A stretch of 64,000 nucleotides of DNA from Selaginella moellendorffii. Lineage: Eukaryota; Plantae; Lycopodiophyta. The position numbers were made by a program, and so were the translations under genes. The stretch is from positions 3,344,443 to 3,408,442 of the forward strand of contig NW_003314265.1 in NCBI RefSeq assembly GCF_000143415.4, given 5' to 3'. Below are positions 60,318 to 64,000 of the stretch, in pieces (positions within the stretch are counted from its first letter, which is position 1; every line of letters begins with the position of its first letter). The notes beneath the pieces are model-generated. The model ran no database searches. It saw only the letters and a program-made list of their open reading frames with translations, and had not been told where the DNA came from.

Positions 60318-61552
60318 ATCGTGTTGACTAATGAGACTGGTGCCTTGCCTTTGCTTGACAAAGGGGCTGCCTCAATTGCTTGTCGCTCCAACTGCTCCTG
60401 ATATGTCTCTGGACCCTGAGGCTGTGTGGAGTTATCAGCAAAGGGATGTTGTTGGACACGTTGAGAAGATGGAGGCCGAAGCTCTGGGTGAAGCTTGAAG
60501 CAGCACTGTGTGTTGTGTGTGTTCGTCTCACAATGAGTGCACCAACGGGACTTAAATCTGCGTTCCTGAGCTGTAGCGGCCTCTTTCCTGGACTCCACCA
60601 GCTCCTAGAGCAGTTTGTCATGGTGTGATTGCTGTTGAAGAATGATCTCCTTCAGCTGCCGCATCTCATTGGCAAAGTTCTCAAGAGCCAGAGGTGTACG
60701 CTCAACAGCAACAGGCTTTGATGTGGACGGGCGAATAGTGGCACAAGGTGACTCTGACGGGATGATGGCTTGGTCAAAATCAACTCTAGCAATCCCCAAG
60801 TCGACCAGAAGCTCTCTTTCCAGCTTTGTGGCAAACGAAAATGCCTCACGGCAAGACCTGAAAGTCTTCTTAAGAAGTTTCCGCTGCAAGTTCCCACGCA
60901 GACCCGCTGTGAATGCTGTGATCCCCTGTTGCTCATCTTGGACTACTCTGCTATCCCAACACTGCTTCCAGTAAGCTCGAAAGCGTGTGATGTAGTCAGG
61001 AACAGTCTCGTGAGCACCCTGTCGGAACGAAAAAAGGTCGACAAGTAGCCGATTTGTGGGTTTTTCTTCAATGAAGCGTTCTTTGAAAGAAGCAAGTAGT
61101 GTCTGGAAGTCTGTCCGGTCCTCTAGGAGGAGAGAATCTGCCCAAGTTGCTGCTTTGCCTTCGAGAGACTGCAGGAAGTCGCGGCACATACGATCATCGT
61201 CAATGATCATGTTTGTGGTGCAGTAGTAATCAAAGCGACTAATATGCGATGTTGGAGAGACTGTTCCAACACCTGAAAAGACCAGCAGATCACTCCCCTG
61301 CTGCAGAACATGGAGCTGAGGTCGAGCTAAGGGTGGCTGCGCCATAGCTCGTAGATCTAAGTCACTGGAATCTGTCGAGGAGGAAGAGGACTCGGCCCAA
61401 GAAGGTGCAGTGTCGTACCTAAGCTGCCTTTGGATGTTGAAAAGTTTACTCCGTACCTTAGGGCCTTGAGGTATGGTGAAAGGGTGCCAATTCGTCGTAC
61501 GTCTAGTTTGTACCAGCATCAAATACCCTGAACACTGCAAATGCCCGGTCAA
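60311..61552 (-). CDS. gag: Gag with one in-frame TAG at 60605-60607
   Basis: Capsid-like FRQGAHETVPDYITRF. The same frame resumes to the zinc knuckle CTHCETNTHNTQCC. Confidence 0.85.
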
Positions 61553-61624
61553 GGCAACTGGGTTGACAGGAGAAAGAAGACTGTAGGCTAGTGCTCAAGT
61601 TGCTCAAAATGCCTTTGACCCGAC

Positions 61625-61770
61625 CACTGAAGTAGCCACTGGAGTAGCTGCTGGAGGAGCCACTAGAGTAGCCGCTGGAGTAGCCACTGGAGTAGCCGGT
61701 AGCCGGTAACCAGGGTAGTCGCTGGAGCAGCCACTGGAGTAGCCGCGGGAGTAGCCGGTAGCCGATAACC
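61625..61770. repeat. 12-bp tandem array (GCCACTGGAGTA)n in the 5' leader of the Tat element
   Basis: Repeated gccactggagta/gccgctggagta units. Confidence 0.85.
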
Positions 61771-62650
61771 GGGGCTCTGTGACCTGTAACCGGTAACCCC
61801 TACTCTCGCTCCTACTCCTGCATTTGCTCCAACACCAACTCCTATCCCTGTGCCTATTCCTATTGTCCCTGTTTCTACGCCAACTCTTGTTCCTGCTCCT
61901 CCTGTTCCTATTCCTACGGTTACCTGTTCCTTGAAGATTGCTTCGTTCCCAAGGAACCCTCAACGAAGTTTAACCCAAAAGAGAAAAATGAGTCCTCTAG
62001 TCTCGATCCTTTGCCATTTTGATTGTTGGTGGGCTCGTTGGAAAGAGCTCAGCCCCGTCTACCTTATATCGCAAGAATTTGGGAAGAAATTGCCTCAAAA
62101 TCCACGAAGAGGTAGCCCAGAACACCAACATTATGGAAAAACATGTGCATGTCCATGATGTAGATCGACACTAAGGCGCCGTTGGTACTTCTCAAAAACC
62201 TAGGACCAGGAGCACCTCTAGAAATAAACGGCATCCAAAACCAAGCCTGGAGGAGCATGAATTCCTACCACAAAGATAACCCAATCTAGCCGGAGAAGAA
62301 AATCCTTTTGCATGCCGTTAATTCTCCCAAATCTAGTGCCAAGAACTACCACTACTCATAGATCTAGGCCAGATCTACAAGCCCAAATGCACTACCTTGA
62401 GAAATTCGGCCGAGGATCTAGGCGAGAAAGTGAAAACCCCAAAATGCTCATCTGACCGAGCCAAGAAACGTTGTATCTCTTCAAATACTGCACGGCTTGA
62501 TGAGCGCCATACCTTGCTGGAAAGAGGAGCTCCAGACCTATCCAACACACTCAAGATCAAAGAAAACCACTGCAAAATGAACAAGGAATTCCTTCCCAAA
62601 CTCTGCGGCCAAAAGAAAAGAGAGAAATGACGCTTCAGAAAGTCCTGCGC

Positions 62651-62668
62651 TTCATGCCGGGTTCACCA
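62651..62668 (-). promoter_or_regulatory. PBS, tRNA-Trp
   Basis: Plus strand TTCATGCCGGGTTCACCA matches the plant tRNA-Trp 3' end TTCACGTCGGGTTCACCA at 16/18. Confidence 0.8.
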
Positions 62669-64000
62669 TTTGTTGGGGGAAGGAGGGGCGCTTCCCCCAA
62701 CGCTCACTCAAACACGAGAAATGCTTCACTGCTCTCCACAAAATGCCCCCCCTCGCCCTTGTGAGGCAAGGGTTTTATACAAGGAAGATGGGGAATATTC
62801 TGAGGACCAGAATATTCCCTCCCTCTCTCTCACTCTCTCAGTGGCCACGCCCTAACAATATTTTTGCACTTTCTACCATGCCTTAGTAAGTATTCATAGG
62901 GTTGAATCTATCCAATAGCCTAGAGAGTGGTTCCTCAATCTGGGTATGCTCACTTTGTAATCCCACACATTGGGATTAACGTTGCTACTTATGGGCTTTT
63001 ATATACCCATCATTAACCTTTGCCAAAATCCCTTTTTGGCTTTGTCCAATTTAGGTAGATGGACTTCTCCCGTCTTCACAACCTTGGACATTTGGATAGC
63101 ACCTCATATCCATCGTTCGCTAAGGACTTAGTCCCTTAGGCTTTATCTAATGCCCTTGCGACACCAAACACCATTTTCTAGTGCTTTTAAAGTGTTTGGG
63201 TGTCCCAATGATGGCTTTCTTTGACAATGAGCATTCCCTTTATAACATTAACTTATTATATTGCAACGTAAGCAAATTATCCCCCCATAAGGGTATGTCC
63301 AACTTCTTTATCCCAATAAGAAGTCTTGGGTAGTAACCTTCTACTAATTTAATCAATTATTTTGCACCTTTTGCTTAGTTGCTTCATAGTTGTCAAGTCT
63401 TACACTCATTGTTGATGCTTCCACACCTCCATCATTATTTGGGTTACCACACTCCAATGGCATGCCTTCCAGTTTAGGTTATGCCATTCCCATTTTCATT
63501 AGAATTCTTTTGAGAAGGGGTTCTTATGAACCCACTAACTTGACCTCAAGGCATCATGCTTTGGCACATTTGGTGTCTCCACACCATCAGCTCCACGAGC
63601 CTACGTTTATAACACTTCTTATTTGTGTCTAGGTCCTTATCAAGAGCAATATATTTCTTTCTCATGCCAACTATCTGTTAGTATTGCACTATAGAGTTTA
63701 CGCACAACTTTGTGTCAAAGTTGTTTTCTTTTGGGAACACCTTTCCCACGACTTTAGTATGGCACATTTTGCCATCAATGAGATACCCACTATTCTCATA
63801 CTTGGATCTTATGATCCTCCCCATCCTTCGTGGGGTACAACACACCTCAATCCAAATGTTTCCATTCCCTTAGGATTATTCCTTGACTCTACTTAAGTCA
63901 TCTAGCTTTTTGGACTTTGCTAACCTGACGACCGTGAGGTCCTACTTTTGAGGTGCTAGCTCACTAGAATACAATTTCTTTTTGTCATGTCTTACTCACA

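Larger units (their letters stand above)
53888..62857 (-). mobile_element. Ty3/Gypsy Tat-type LTR retrotransposon with an extra archaeal-type RNase H before RT
   Basis: 187-bp LTRs 53888-54074 and 62671-62857 (2 differences), tRNA-Trp PBS, gag and pol. No matching TSD. Confidence 0.93.

Noticed and set aside
62858-64000. gag/protease of the old Gypsy B
   Set aside because: Plausible from position, but too decayed to support by motif.

Overview
Repeat-dense land-plant nuclear DNA. The intronless PLS-class PPR gene, introns of about 50 nt and a PR-aRH-RT-RH-INT Tat element suggest a lycophyte such as Selaginella (inference). One intact host gene is visible: a PLS-E PPR gene at 9291-12266. The rest is a deep nest of transposons whose target-site duplications (TSDs) allow the insertion order to be reconstructed. 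The standout is a DNA transposon at 29075-45994 (perfect 24-bp TIRs, 4-bp TSD TATT, about 9.3 kb once a nested Gypsy is removed). It carries two divergent genes: a decayed transposase, and a multi-exon cargo gene of about 1,650 codons that reads ParB-like domain, then a beta-class DNA amino-methyltransferase-like fold, an acidic linker and an FCP1/NIF-like HAD phosphatase. About 14 copies of a 22-bp palindrome ATGGCRTG-N6-CAYGCCAT lie in the element, mostly in introns and subterminal DNA, and two more are kept in a cognate 288-bp MITE. A second, clearer N6/N4 methyltransferase pseudogene lies at 17362-18164. Also present: a 5S-bearing Cassandra-type TRIM, two near-intact Ty3/Gypsy elements (tRNA-Gly and tRNA-Trp primer sites), a non-coding LTR family with many copies, and solo LTRs. 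All domain calls are by eye and need HMM or structure confirmation.
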